A stretch of 64,000 bases of DNA from Candidatus Caldarchaeum sp. (GTDB lineage: Archaea; Thermoproteota; Nitrososphaeria_A; Caldarchaeales; Caldarchaeaceae): assembly GCA_038844785.1 (NCBI GenBank), contig JAWBRA010000007.1, positions 1 to 64,000 of the forward strand, in the 5' to 3' direction. A program made the position numbers and the translations under genes. The notes under the pieces are model-generated. The model made no database searches. It saw only the letters and a program-made list of their open reading frames with translations, and had not been told where the DNA came from. Below are positions 1 to 10,125 of this stretch, piece after piece; position 1 is the stretch's first letter, and each line of letters starts with the position of its first letter.

Positions 1-202
1 CCGGCCGAGGACGTATAAGACCCCAGGGGATGCTGGTTATCAGGCTTGTCAAAAACTTCACACAGAGGATGACGGGAACAGATTGGCGGAAGGTATGGGC
101 TTGGGGCGATACAGAAAAAAGCTCAATGATGGAAGACTGGGAATGAAGACGATAACAGTATCTCAATTTTGGTCTGGTGTTTGTAGCGGCTGTGATCTTT
201 CT

Positions 203-856
203 TTACCGCATGTATGATGCTATCAGCTTGATTTTTCTTTTTCGCGCTTCTTCTTCTGCTGTTGGATGTATGAGGTAGCCGAACATGAATTTGTAGGTTT
301 GCTGGCTTATGTTTGCGGCTATCTTCTCAGCGCATGCGTCGAATGCTTCAACCTCACGTTTGTATATTCGTGATTTTGCTTCTCCGATGATGACCAGCTT
401 TCTTCCATCCTTCTCCCCTTCACCGTAGAGGTTTACCTCAATCTCTTCTCCGTCCACTGTTATCCATTTGCGGGTGAACTCTTCAGCCATAACTATACCC
501 TCATGTCTCTGAAGCCATCCAGGCACAACAACCCTAGCTATGTCTTCAAGCCCAAAGCCTATAGTCTCGGAGAGGCCCCCAACCTGTTTCGCCAGCTCTC
601 CCTGCGTACGGGCCAGCAACGCCACAGCATCATGAAGCCTGGCCATAGACTCCTCCAGCCTGTTCTGCCCCTCTCTAAGGCTTCTAACCTCCTCCCACAG
701 CTTGTTCTGGCTCTCCCATAGTTTGTTCTGCCCCTCCTCCAGCCTGTCGAGACGCTTCAGTATCTCCAGAATCCCTATCCTCCCCGCCACAGCATACCTG
801 AACTCCTCATCCTCCTCCAGAAGCCTCAACAGCTCCCGCTTAAGGTCGGCAGCCAA
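203..856 (-). CDS. Coiled-coil heptad-repeat protein with C-terminal PD-(D/E)XK-like domain (DUF3782/paREP-type family)
   Basis: N-terminal LLRLLEEDEEFRYAVAG, heptads QNKLWES-QNKLWEE-VRSLREG-QNRLEES, C-terminal EVNLYG...IIGEAKSRI. Confidence 0.75.
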   Translation of the reverse strand: MAADLKRELLRLLEEDEEFRYAVAGRIGILEILKRLDRLEEGQNKLWESQNKLWEEVRSLREGQNRLEESMARLHDAVALLARTQGELAKQVGGLSETIGFGLEDIARVVVPGWLQRHEGIVMAEEFTRKWITVDGEEIEVNLYGEGEKDGRKLVIIGEAKSRIYKREVEAFDACAEKIAANISQQTYKFMFGYLIHPTAEEEARKRKIKLIASYMR

Positions 857-908
857 TCCAAAAATAACCCCCCAAACATCGTTAAAAAGTATTTTGGCAC
901 AATCGGTG

Positions 909-1290
909 GGCTCTGTTAACTTAAGGCTTTTGGCCTAGGGATGTGGTTGTTTTGTCATGTTTGTTAGGCGGAGGACGGCTTTACCTGCGGTCCTCTACGG
1001 TCTTTACCTCGTAGCCCTAGGCCTGAGCTTTAGATGCGCTTCGAGGGCTCTTAAGCCTTTCGTCGATAGGAGTCATGTGGCTGTCTGGAGCTGGGTTCAG
1101 AGGCTCCCAGGGTTCAGGAGGGTGTTCAGGGCTAAGTGTAGGGTGTCCCTGTTCCTGCTGGATGAGACTGCTGTCATGGTTAAAGGGCTGATGGCATGGG
1201 TCTGAGTTGCCTGCAAGCCTTTCAGCAACAGGATGCTTGAATTCTGGTTCTCTTGGACTAAGAACAGCGTCCTGGCTGAGCTATGGGCCC
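909..1290 (+). mobile_element. Truncated IS6-family element (transposase pseudogene)
   Basis: Left end GGCTCTGTTAACTTAAGG at 909 resembles IS6 IRs and the IR at 59930. ORF 957-1205 has GLSFR...SHVAVWSWVQR...LDET, then an in-frame TGA; similarity continues briefly and stops. No right IR found. Confidence 0.75.
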
Positions 1291-1395
1291 ATCCCAAACA
1301 CGGCTGCAAGCTTTTCTTAAAGTTTGCCCGGCTCAAGCCTTATTAATAGCCAGCAAACGTTATGATAGCAGCTTGGATGTTTTTGGGTGTGGACC

Positions 1396-1659
1396 ATGGC
1401 TAGGGAAAAACAGCAGCCTTCTGTGAAAGATATCGCCGAACACGTTCTCGTACCTAAGCACGAGGTTCTCTCACCAGCCGAGGCCGAAGAGCTTTTAAAA
1501 ACACTCGGCGTCACAGCCGACAAACTCCCCTACATTCTGCCGTCCGACCCGATGGTCAAAAGGCTGAAGGCAAAAGTAGGAGACATAATCAAGATAACAC
1601 GCCGCTCAGAAACCGCAGGCGAAGCCGTTTACTACAGAGTTGTTTGGGGTGAAGGATAG
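1396..1659 (+). CDS. rpoH: RNA polymerase subunit H (Rpo5)
   Basis: HVLVPKHEVLS...LPYILPSDP...GDIIKITRRSETAGEAVYYRVV; ATG at 1396. Confidence 0.97.
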   Translation: MAREKQQPSVKDIAEHVLVPKHEVLSPAEAEELLKTLGVTADKLPYILPSDPMVKRLKAKVGDIIKITRRSETAGEAVYYRVVWGEG

Positions 1660-4600
1660 GTGTCCTCACAGCTCACCAAAGACGATTTATGGGAAGTCTT
1701 CAAATCACATTTAGAAGACGAAGGACTGGTCCAACACCATCTCAAGTCATACAACTACTTCGTCAAAGAGGGTCTTCAAGAACTGATCTACTCGCTGGGA
1801 GAACATGAGATAAAAACACGTCACGGAATCGTCACAGTCAAGTTCGGCCAAGTGGAGATAGGCAGGCCGAGCAAAAGAGAAGTGGCGGCACCGACCCCGC
1901 AAGACCTGTATCCATCGGAGGCAAGGCTCAGAAACCTGACATACGAAGCACCCATCTACGTAAAAATGAGCCTATACCTTGACGGCAAACCCCTCGCCCC
2001 GCCAGAAAGCGTCTGGATAGGAACAATCCCCGTCTTAGTAAAGTCCGACATATGCCCGCTCTCTAAAATGACGTCCGACGAGCTGCTAGCCATAGGCGAA
2101 GACCCACAGGACCCCGGCGGATACTTCATAATCAACGGCTCTGAGAGAGTCATCGTAGCCATAGAAGACCTCGCACCCAACCGCATTATAGTCACGAAGA
2201 AAGAGGGAGACGGGAGGCCGCAGTACTCTGCGGTTGTTCTCTCCTCAGCCCACGGCCGACAGGTGAGAGTCGAGGTAAGCTACAGAAAAGACGGGCCCGT
2301 CAAAGTATTCTTCTCAAGAATATACAAAGGCGTCCCCGCAATCATAATGTTGAGAGCACTGGGCCTAACCAAAGACCAGGAAATAGCCAACATGATATCG
2401 CCGCTCAAGGAAGTGCAGGAACTGCTCGAACCCAGCTTCCAAGAAGCCGAGGGAATAGAAACCGTCGAACAAGCCCTAGACTACATAGGCAGCAGAATCG
2501 CCTTCGGATACGCTGAAGAATACAGGCTGGAGAAAGCCGAGCAGACAATAGACACTCTGTTCCTGCTGCACCTGGGGACAAACAAGGCTGCGAGAATCAA
2601 GAAGGCAGTCCACCTCTGCGGGATGATTGGAAGAGTTTTGGAGACAAGCCTGGGCTTGAGAGAGCCAGACGACCGCGACCACTACGCCAACAAACGGCTC
2701 AAGCTTGAGTCAGCGCTGCTGACGGAGCTTTATAGAATGGCGCTGTTAAAACTCCTCCGCGACCTCCGATACCAGCTCGAGAGAATAATCCCAACACGAC
2801 AGCCCATTCAGATAAACACTTACGTCAGACCCGGAATAGTTTCGGAATACGTTAGACACGCCTTGGCCACGGGCAACTGGCCAGGCGGAAGGGTCGGCGT
2901 CACACAGCTGTTAAACAGGACAAACTACATGGCCACATTAAGCCATCTGAGAAGGGTTCAGTCACCCCTCAGCCGAGGACAGCCGCACTTCGAAGCAAGA
3001 GACCTTCATGGAACACACTGGGGGAGGCTCTGCCCATGCGAAACCCCTGAAGGCAGCAACGCAGGACTGGTCAAAAACCTCGCCCTCTCAGCAGAGCTCT
3101 CCTTCCAAGCCAACAAGAAAGACCTGATGGACAAGCTATTCCAGCTTAACGTAATACCGTTGAACGAGATAATAGCGAGAAAGAAAGCCCCGCCGCCAGT
3201 CAAGGTCTTCGTGGACGGCGTTCTGGAAGGATACCATAACAACGCAACCATGCTTGTCAACGAGATACGTAGGTTGAGGAGAGAGGGTGCAATAAGCCAA
3301 AACGTGAACGTAGCCCTGTACAGCTACCCGCACGTCCAGGAAGTCGTCATAAACACCGACGAAGGAAGGATTAGAAGACCTTTGATAACCGTCCAGAACG
3401 GCCAGCCCACACTCCAGAAACAGCACGTCGAACTCATAAAAAGAAAGACGTCACGGTTCAGAGACCTGGTAAGCCTTGGAATAATCGAGTATCTCGACGC
3501 TGAGGAGGAGGAAAACGCTTACGTGGCGCTTTCCCCCGAAAAACTAACCAACGAACACACCCATCTTGAGATCAGCCCATACGCAATGCTTGGCGTCGCA
3601 GCCTCTATAATACCCTACGCACAACACAACCAATCACCGAGAAACGTTTACGAAGGAGCCATGGGAAAACAGGCGCTCGGAGTGTTCGCATCCAATTACT
3701 CGCTGAGAACAGACTCCCGAAGCCATCTGCTAGTCTACCCCCAGAAACCAATAGTGACGACAAGAACCGCCGAATTCATAGGGCTTAACACAAGACCCTC
3801 AGGACAAAACATGGTCGTAGCAATACTCACCGGCCAAGGATACAACATGGAGGACGCCGTCGTCCTAAACAGGTCTTCAGTCGAGAGAGGCCTAGGCCTC
3901 TCGCTTAGCTGGAGAACATATGAAGTAGAAGCCCGTCAAACTTTAGGCGGCCAGAAAGACAAATTCGGCATACCAGACCCATCAGTCCGAGGATACAGAG
4001 GCGAGCAGTTCTATAGAGTCCTCGACAAAGACGGTTTCGCTCAGATAGAGTCGGACGTCTCCGGCGGGATGGTCATAGTGGGGATGATGAGCCCGCCAAG
4101 ATTCTTAGAGGAATACCAGAGGGTTCCGACAAGGGAGACGGTGTGGAGAGATTCTTCAGAAGCGGTCCAGCCCTCGGAGTCGGGGACCGTCGAATCCATT
4201 TTCATAACGATAAACGCCGACGGAAACAAGCTTGTTAAAGCAAAAGTCAGGTCCACGTGCTTCGCTGAGATAGGGGACAAGTTTTCATCAAGGCATGGCC
4301 AGAAAGGAGTTGTAGGGATGCTCTTCCCACAAGAAGACATGCCTTACACAAAAGACGGCATCGTTCCAGACCTTCTCATAGACCCTCACGCTTTCCCATC
4401 ACGTATGACTATAGGCCAGCTTATCGAAAGCTTAGCTGGAAAAGTCGGCAGCGTTAAAGCCGAGCTTGTTGACGGAACACCTTTCATAGGGAAATCGTTA
4501 GAGGAGTTGAGAGCAGAGCTGGAGAGGCTTGGGTTCAAAAGTAGCGGACGTGAAATCCTTTACAGCGGAGTTACCGGACGTGCCTTAGAGGCCGAAGTCT

Positions 4601-5013
4601 TCATAGGTGTTGTCTACTACCAAAGGCTGCACCATCTAGTCAGAGACAAAATACATGCCAGGTCTAGAGGCCAGGTGCAGATGCTTACCCGCCAGCCAAC
4701 AGAGGGAAGGTCCAGAGGCGGCGGTTTGAAGTTCGGCGAAATGGAAAGAGACTGTCTTATAGCATATGGGGCTTCGTATCTTTTGTTGGATAGGCTTCTG
4801 GAGCAAAGCGACAAATACACAGCTTACTTCTGCGAGAAATGCGGCTTACCGTGCTACTATGACTTGAAACAGGAACGTTTCATCTGTCCGGTTGACGGCA
4901 AGGAAGTAAGAGTTAAAGCCGTCTCACTGTCCTACGCGTTCTACCTGCTGCTGAACGAGATGATGAGCATGGGCATACATCCCAGAATAATCTTGGAGGA
5001 GCCTGAGATATGA
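1660..5013 (+). CDS. rpoB: RNA polymerase subunit B (Rpo2), undivided
   Basis: GGYFIINGSERV, ETPEGSNAGLVKNL, GDKFSSRHGQKGV, GGLKFGEMERDC. Confidence 0.99.
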   Translation: MSSQLTKDDLWEVFKSHLEDEGLVQHHLKSYNYFVKEGLQELIYSLGEHEIKTRHGIVTVKFGQVEIGRPSKREVAAPTPQDLYPSEARLRNLTYEAPIYVKMSLYLDGKPLAPPESVWIGTIPVLVKSDICPLSKMTSDELLAIGEDPQDPGGYFIINGSERVIVAIEDLAPNRIIVTKKEGDGRPQYSAVVLSSAHGRQVRVEVSYRKDGPVKVFFSRIYKGVPAIIMLRALGLTKDQEIANMISPLKEVQELLEPSFQEAEGIETVEQALDYIGSRIAFGYAEEYRLEKAEQTIDTLFLLHLGTNKAARIKKAVHLCGMIGRVLETSLGLREPDDRDHYANKRLKLESALLTELYRMALLKLLRDLRYQLERIIPTRQPIQINTYVRPGIVSEYVRHALATGNWPGGRVGVTQLLNRTNYMATLSHLRRVQSPLSRGQPHFEARDLHGTHWGRLCPCETPEGSNAGLVKNLALSAELSFQANKKDLMDKLFQLNVIPLNEIIARKKAPPPVKVFVDGVLEGYHNNATMLVNEIRRLRREGAISQNVNVALYSYPHVQEVVINTDEGRIRRPLITVQNGQPTLQKQHVELIKRKTSRFRDLVSLGIIEYLDAEEEENAYVALSPEKLTNEHTHLEISPYAMLGVAASIIPYAQHNQSPRNVYEGAMGKQALGVFASNYSLRTDSRSHLLVYPQKPIVTTRTAEFIGLNTRPSGQNMVVAILTGQGYNMEDAVVLNRSSVERGLGLSLSWRTYEVEARQTLGGQKDKFGIPDPSVRGYRGEQFYRVLDKDGFAQIESDVSGGMVIVGMMSPPRFLEEYQRVPTRETVWRDSSEAVQPSESGTVESIFITINADGNKLVKAKVRSTCFAEIGDKFSSRHGQKGVVGMLFPQEDMPYTKDGIVPDLLIDPHAFPSRMTIGQLIESLAGKVGSVKAELVDGTPFIGKSLEELRAELERLGFKSSGREILYSGVTGRALEAEVFIGVVYYQRLHHLVRDKIHARSRGQVQMLTRQPTEGRSRGGGLKFGEMERDCLIAYGASYLLLDRLLEQSDKYTAYFCEKCGLPCYYDLKQERFICPVDGKEVRVKAVSLSYAFYLLLNEMMSMGIHPRIILEEPEI

Positions 5014-8000
5014 GCTACACAGCATCCATAGCTGGGATAAGGTTCGGGATACTGTCTCCAGACCTTATCAGAAAGATGAGCGTGGCGGAGATAATAAGCC
5101 CAGACACCTACGACGAGGACGGGCTTCCAATACCTACAAGCGTTATGGACCCAAGGCTGGGAACTCTGGAGCCGGGACAAAGGTGCAAAACCTGCGGAAA
5201 CACCTACCTCGGATGCCCCGGCCATTTTGGAAGGATAGAACTCCCAGTACCAGTGATACACGTAGGTTTCGCAAAAACAATCTACGAGCTTCTTAGGTCG
5301 ACATGCAGGTCTTGCGGCAGGATCCTATTATCCGAAGAATTGATTGAAAAGTTTCACCAAGAGCTTGAGAAGCTCAAGCAATCCAACCTACCCTACAAAA
5401 ACCTGATATACAGGATAAAGCAAAGAGCTATGAACGAGCAGACATGCCCGCATTGCGGTGAGAAACAGCTAAGGCTCGAGCTTGAAAAACCCACAACATT
5501 CGTCGAAATCTCTGAAGCAGGAACAACAAAGCTCAGCGCCAGCACGGTCAGGGCAAGGCTTGAAAGAATACCCGACTCAGACCTAATACTGCTCGACCTC
5601 AACCCCGAAACCTCACGGCCTGAATGGATGGTCTTAACCGTTCTACCTGTGCCACCGGTATACGTCAGGCCATCGATAACGCTTGAATCAGGATACAGGT
5701 CTGAGGACGACCTGACGCATAAGCTGGTGGACATACTTAGGGTTGCTCAAAGGCTTAGAGAGAATATAAGGGCTGGCTCGCCATCGCCTGTCATAGAGGA
5801 GCTGTCAGACCTGCTTCAATACCATGTAACAACATACATCAACAACGAGGCTGTGGGTGTTTCGCCTGCCAAACACAGGTCAGGACGTGTGCTGAAAACA
5901 CTTGCCCAACGTTTAAAGGGTAAGGAAGGACGCTTCCGCTTAAACCTATCCGGCAAACGAGTTGATTTCTCTGCAAGGACAGTCATATCACCCGACCCGA
6001 ACATAAAAGTCAACGAAGTCGGCGTCCCGCTAGAAATAGCCATGCAGCTAACCGTAGCAGAAAGAGTAACGCCCTGGAATATTGAAAAGATGCGTCAACT
6101 TGTACGGAACGGGTCTGACAAGTACCCGGGTGCAAAATACATCATCCGGCCCGATGGCAAGAGAATAAGGCTTAAGTTCGTGACAAACTTGGAGGAGCTG
6201 GCCGCCGCCCTAGAGCCAGGATACGTTGTCGAGAGACATCTACAAGACGGTGACATAGTGCTCTTCAACCGTCAACCATCTCTCCATAGAATGTCTATCA
6301 TGGCTCATTACGTCCGTGTGCTGCCTTACAAAACCCTGAGGCTTAACCCAGCTGTCTGCACACCTTACAACGCAGACTTTGACGGGGACGAGATGAACCT
6401 TCATGTTCCACAGAGTGAAGAGGCTCAGACAGAGGCGTGTGAGCTCTTGGTCGTCGAGAAAAACATCATATCTCCACGCTACGGGGCGCCCATTATAGGT
6501 GTCATCCGCGATTTTCTAACATCGCTGTACCTCTTGACACGTGATGAAACAAAGCTAACAAAGTCAGAGCTCGCAGCCCTCCTAGCCTCAATACATTACA
6601 AAGGCGATGTTCCAGAGCCCGAGATTAAGGAACCAGTTCCCATGTGGACTGGAAAGCAGGTGTTTAGCCTACTACTTCCCAAAGACTTCAACCATGTCAC
6701 AAGATCTTCTTTCAACAACCAGGAGGTTGTTGTGAAAAACGGAGTCCTCGTAGCCGGCGTTATAGACAAGAACTCGGTTGGGGTTGAGAAGGCTAACAGC
6801 ATACTGCACAGGCTGGCCAGGGATTATGGTCCTGAAGCTGCTAGGCAGTTCCTTGACAGAGTAGTGAGGCTGGCCAACACATTCATCGAGATGCGTGGAT
6901 TCTCTTTCGCGATAGACGACCTATACGTCTCACCTGAAATTTACTCCGACATCCTTCAGATATTCAAACGGACTGACAACGCTTTTACGAAGCTGAAAAG
7001 CGAGTACGAGAGTGGAGAGAAAGAGATTCCTCCGGGGATGACCGAGGAGAAGGCTTTCGAAGCAGATGTCTTGAAAATACTCAGCGAGGCGAGAGACAGC
7101 GCGGGAAGGCTTGTAAGGTCAAAGATATCCCAGGAAAGCTCCGCCGTCATCATGGCTAAAACCGGCGCTAGGGGGACGATGTTGAACATAGACCAGATGG
7201 TTGCTGTCGTGGGCCAGCAGTCAGTGAGAAGGGAGAGGGTGCACCGCGGCTTCAGAGGCAGGGTTATGACTTTCTTCAAACAAGGAGACCTGTCACCTAG
7301 GGCTAGAGGGTTTGTCTACAATTTCTTCGTCTCCGGACTAGACCCGATCGAGTTTTTCTTCCATGCTGTGGGTGGAAGAGACGGGCTTGTGGACACGGCT
7401 GTGAGGACACAGCAAAGCGGGTACATGCAACGCCGGCTCATCAACGCCCTCGAATCACTGTACATAGACTACGACGGAACTGTAAGAACAGCTGATGAAG
7501 GACGCATAATCCAGTTTGCCTATGGAGAGGACGGAGTTGACCCGGCTAAGTCAGACCATGGCAAAGCAATCACCGTTTCTAACATCATAAATTCGGTCAT
7601 CAGCCAGCTGCCGTCTAAAACTCCTGCAAACGAAGCTTATATCGTCGAAAAAATCGCGGAAGCAGGAAAAGCTCTTCCTTTGAAAATCCGTGAAGAACTA
7701 CGTGAAGAACTGTTGAAAACCAAGCCTTCAAAGGAAGCTGTTGACCGTATCGTTGAGGAAACGGTGAGAAGATATTTCAACTCTTTGGCTGAGCCTGGAG
7801 ACGCGGTAGGTGTGGTTACCGCTCAGTCAATAGGCGAGCCTGGAACACAGCTGACGTTGAGGACTTTCCACTTCGCAGGCGTCGGCGAACAGAGCATACT
7901 CAAAGGCTTGCCTAGGCTTATAGAGATAGTTGACGCCCGCCGCACCCCCTCAACACCAATCATGTACATACCTCTCGAGCCCGAGTATGCTTCAAACCTT

Positions 8001-8810
8001 GCTAAAGCTCGTCGTCTAGCCAAACAGATACAGTATACCACGATAGGCGACCTGATATCTGGCGTGGTGGTCAACTACAAGAAGAGTGTAGTGGAGTTCC
8101 AGCTCGACAGCAATGCGTTAGAAGAGCACGGCGTGTCCCAAAGAGACATCGAGAAAGCAATTAAAACTTTGGACGCAGAATACGACGCTCAAAAACATAT
8201 AATATCGGTAAAGCTTGGCGAGGAAGGGTTTACGGATATTCAAAAAATAAGAGAGAAAGTTTCGCAGGTAAAAGTTAAGGGGATAAGAAGGATCAAGAAA
8301 GCAACGGTCTTCAAAGAAAAAGAAGGATATGTTATAAGGACTGAGGGGTCGAACTTGAGGGAGGTAATGGAGGTTCCGGGCGTGGACTGGAGGAGGGTTA
8401 AGACAAACGATATATATGAGATAGCCGAGGTGCTGGGTATTGAGGCGGCAAGGAACGTCATAGTCGAGGAGGCTAAAGAGGTGATGGAGGATCAGGGCCT
8501 TGACGTGGACATTAGACATCTGCTTTTGCTCGCTGACATGATGACGGTGAGCGGAAGCGTTAGGCAGATAGGTAGGCACGGTGTTGTGAAGCTGAAAAGC
8601 AGCGTTTTGGCTAGGGCGGCTTATGAGATAAGCGTCCAAACACTTCTTGAAGCCGCTGCCAGAGGTGAGACAGACCGTCTTAAGGGGAATGTCGAGCGTA
8701 TACTGATAGGGAGGGAGATTCCAGTAGGCACGGGCATGGTAACGCTTCTAATGAGCCATGAACAAGGTGTTGAGAATGGACGTGAAACAGTCGCTTCAGG
8801 TGGTAAGTAG
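5010..8810 (+). CDS. rpoA: RNA polymerase largest subunit Rpo1 (A' and A'' fused)
   Basis: CPGHFG, NADFDGDEMNLH, SGYMQRRL followed in frame by A''-type AQSIGEPGTQLTLRTFH and DIRHLLLLAD. Confidence 0.98.
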   Translation: MSYTASIAGIRFGILSPDLIRKMSVAEIISPDTYDEDGLPIPTSVMDPRLGTLEPGQRCKTCGNTYLGCPGHFGRIELPVPVIHVGFAKTIYELLRSTCRSCGRILLSEELIEKFHQELEKLKQSNLPYKNLIYRIKQRAMNEQTCPHCGEKQLRLELEKPTTFVEISEAGTTKLSASTVRARLERIPDSDLILLDLNPETSRPEWMVLTVLPVPPVYVRPSITLESGYRSEDDLTHKLVDILRVAQRLRENIRAGSPSPVIEELSDLLQYHVTTYINNEAVGVSPAKHRSGRVLKTLAQRLKGKEGRFRLNLSGKRVDFSARTVISPDPNIKVNEVGVPLEIAMQLTVAERVTPWNIEKMRQLVRNGSDKYPGAKYIIRPDGKRIRLKFVTNLEELAAALEPGYVVERHLQDGDIVLFNRQPSLHRMSIMAHYVRVLPYKTLRLNPAVCTPYNADFDGDEMNLHVPQSEEAQTEACELLVVEKNIISPRYGAPIIGVIRDFLTSLYLLTRDETKLTKSELAALLASIHYKGDVPEPEIKEPVPMWTGKQVFSLLLPKDFNHVTRSSFNNQEVVVKNGVLVAGVIDKNSVGVEKANSILHRLARDYGPEAARQFLDRVVRLANTFIEMRGFSFAIDDLYVSPEIYSDILQIFKRTDNAFTKLKSEYESGEKEIPPGMTEEKAFEADVLKILSEARDSAGRLVRSKISQESSAVIMAKTGARGTMLNIDQMVAVVGQQSVRRERVHRGFRGRVMTFFKQGDLSPRARGFVYNFFVSGLDPIEFFFHAVGGRDGLVDTAVRTQQSGYMQRRLINALESLYIDYDGTVRTADEGRIIQFAYGEDGVDPAKSDHGKAITVSNIINSVISQLPSKTPANEAYIVEKIAEAGKALPLKIREELREELLKTKPSKEAVDRIVEETVRRYFNSLAEPGDAVGVVTAQSIGEPGTQLTLRTFHFAGVGEQSILKGLPRLIEIVDARRTPSTPIMYIPLEPEYASNLAKARRLAKQIQYTTIGDLISGVVVNYKKSVVEFQLDSNALEEHGVSQRDIEKAIKTLDAEYDAQKHIISVKLGEEGFTDIQKIREKVSQVKVKGIRRIKKATVFKEKEGYVIRTEGSNLREVMEVPGVDWRRVKTNDIYEIAEVLGIEAARNVIVEEAKEVMEDQGLDVDIRHLLLLADMMTVSGSVRQIGRHGVVKLKSSVLARAAYEISVQTLLEAAARGETDRLKGNVERILIGREIPVGTGMVTLLMSHEQGVENGRETVASGGK

Positions 8811-9087
8811 GACAGGAAAATATGTCGTAGGATACCGCCAGACCTTGAAAGAAATCCATAGGAAAAGACCTGTGATAGTCGTGGCCTCGAATAAGGCTGA
8901 ACGGCTGATGTTGGACGTTATCAGAATCAACGCTAAAGCTGTTAACATTCCCGTCCTGCTCACTGACCTGACGCCCAGTGAGCTAGGCCTGGCTTTGCGA
9001 AAACCTTTTCCAACCTCTTTCATAGCCGTACTAGACCCTGGCAGCTCCGACATTGTCGAGCAAACGGGAGTGGAGCAAAGTGGGTGA
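8776..9087 (+). CDS. rpl30e: 50S ribosomal protein L30e
   Basis: TGKYVVGYRQTLK...ELGLALRKPF...DPGSSDI; conserved position after rpoA. Confidence 0.92.
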   Translation: MDVKQSLQVVSRTGKYVVGYRQTLKEIHRKRPVIVVASNKAERLMLDVIRINAKAVNIPVLLTDLTPSELGLALRKPFPTSFIAVLDPGSSDIVEQTGVEQSG

Positions 9088-9514
9088 AGGTATCAGACTA
9101 ACCGAAAAAGAAATGAAATACATTCAGATGTTTGAGACGGTTACGGGTGCTGTAGTAGTTGACTGTGTAGAGGACGGAGACCTGCTCACTTTCGTTGTGA
9201 GACAAGGCGACCTTAAGAAAGCCTTATCTGGCCACGGCTCCAAGATCAAGGAGCTTGTCAGGATTTTCAGGAAGAGGATAAAAGTGGTGGAGTTCGCCGC
9301 TGACGCAGCAGTTTTCATCAAAAACCTTCTATACCCTGCGGAGGTAATAGACCCTGTAAGGCTTACAGAAAGGCCTGACGGAAAAACAATAGCTGTAGTC
9401 ACCGTCAATCCAAGAGACAAGGGTGTAGCCATAGGGAAGGATGGCAAAAACATCAACCTAGCACGCATGCTGGCGAAACGTCACTTCAACATAGAGCATG
9501 TCACAGTCCAGTAA
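9080..9514 (+). CDS. nusA: Archaeal NusA (KH-domain) factor
   Basis: IRLTEKEMKYIQMFETVTGA...DKGVAIGKDGKNINLAR; synteny; start GTG 9080 inferred. Confidence 0.95.
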   Translation: MGEGIRLTEKEMKYIQMFETVTGAVVVDCVEDGDLLTFVVRQGDLKKALSGHGSKIKELVRIFRKRIKVVEFAADAAVFIKNLLYPAEVIDPVRLTERPDGKTIAVVTVNPRDKGVAIGKDGKNINLARMLAKRHFNIEHVTVQ

Positions 9515-9553
9515 AGATAGACTTTAATAACGCCAGCCGTAAAGCCAACTAGG

Positions 9554-10123
9554 TTGCCGGGAGAAATCAAGCTCTTCGACCTATGGAGCCTTGAAGGCAT
9601 AGAGGTCTTAGACGAAGGTCTAAAGAGATACATCAGCTTGAAACCGGTGATAGTCCCTCATTCCAGCGGCAGGCATGAGCATAGAAGGTTCGCCAAATCC
9701 CAGGTTAACATAGTTGAACGGTTGGCGAACATGCTTTTAAGACCGGGTAAAAACGGTGGCAAAAAGTCGAAAGCCTTATCAGCCGTTAAAAATGCTTTAT
9801 GGATCATCCACTTGAGGACTGGGAGAAACCCGGTTGAGGTTTTGGTGAGGGCTGTTGAGAACGCGGCTCCTTTAGAGGATGTTACACGTCTAAGCTACGG
9901 CGGCATAGTTTACTTTAAAGCTGTGGACATAAGCCCCCAGCGACGAGCTGACCTCGCTCTCAGAAACATAGCGCAGGCGGCTAGGGAAAACTCATTCCGG
10001 TCTCGTAGGACAATAGATGAGTGTTTGGCCGAAGAAATAATCCTAGCAGCTGAGAAAGACAGTAAAAGCTTCGCCATAAAGAAGAAGATAGAGCTGGAAA
10101 GAGTTGCGTTAGCCTCTCGGTAA
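9554..10123 (+). CDS. rps7: 30S ribosomal protein S7
   Basis: PHSSGRH...IVERLAN...NPVEVLVRAVENAAP...KKIELERVALASR. Confidence 0.97.
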   Translation: MPGEIKLFDLWSLEGIEVLDEGLKRYISLKPVIVPHSSGRHEHRRFAKSQVNIVERLANMLLRPGKNGGKKSKALSAVKNALWIIHLRTGRNPVEVLVRAVENAAPLEDVTRLSYGGIVYFKAVDISPQRRADLALRNIAQAARENSFRSRRTIDECLAEEIILAAEKDSKSFAIKKKIELERVALASR

Positions 10124-10125
10124 AA

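Noticed and set aside
1-200. Possible gene end at the window start
   Set aside because: Too short to assign
655-745. Short direct repeats as a possible CRISPR array
   Set aside because: In-frame 21-bp coding heptads with no spacers; no cas genes or arrays seen in the window
1305-1335. Right IR of the IS6 relic (CTTAAAGTTTGCCC)
   Set aside because: Too degenerate relative to the expected CCTTAAGTTAACAGAGCC; no target duplication
1660-8810. Inteins in rpoB/rpoA (atpA at 34944-36734 also checked)
   Set aside because: Lengths are normal and no intein splice motifs were seen
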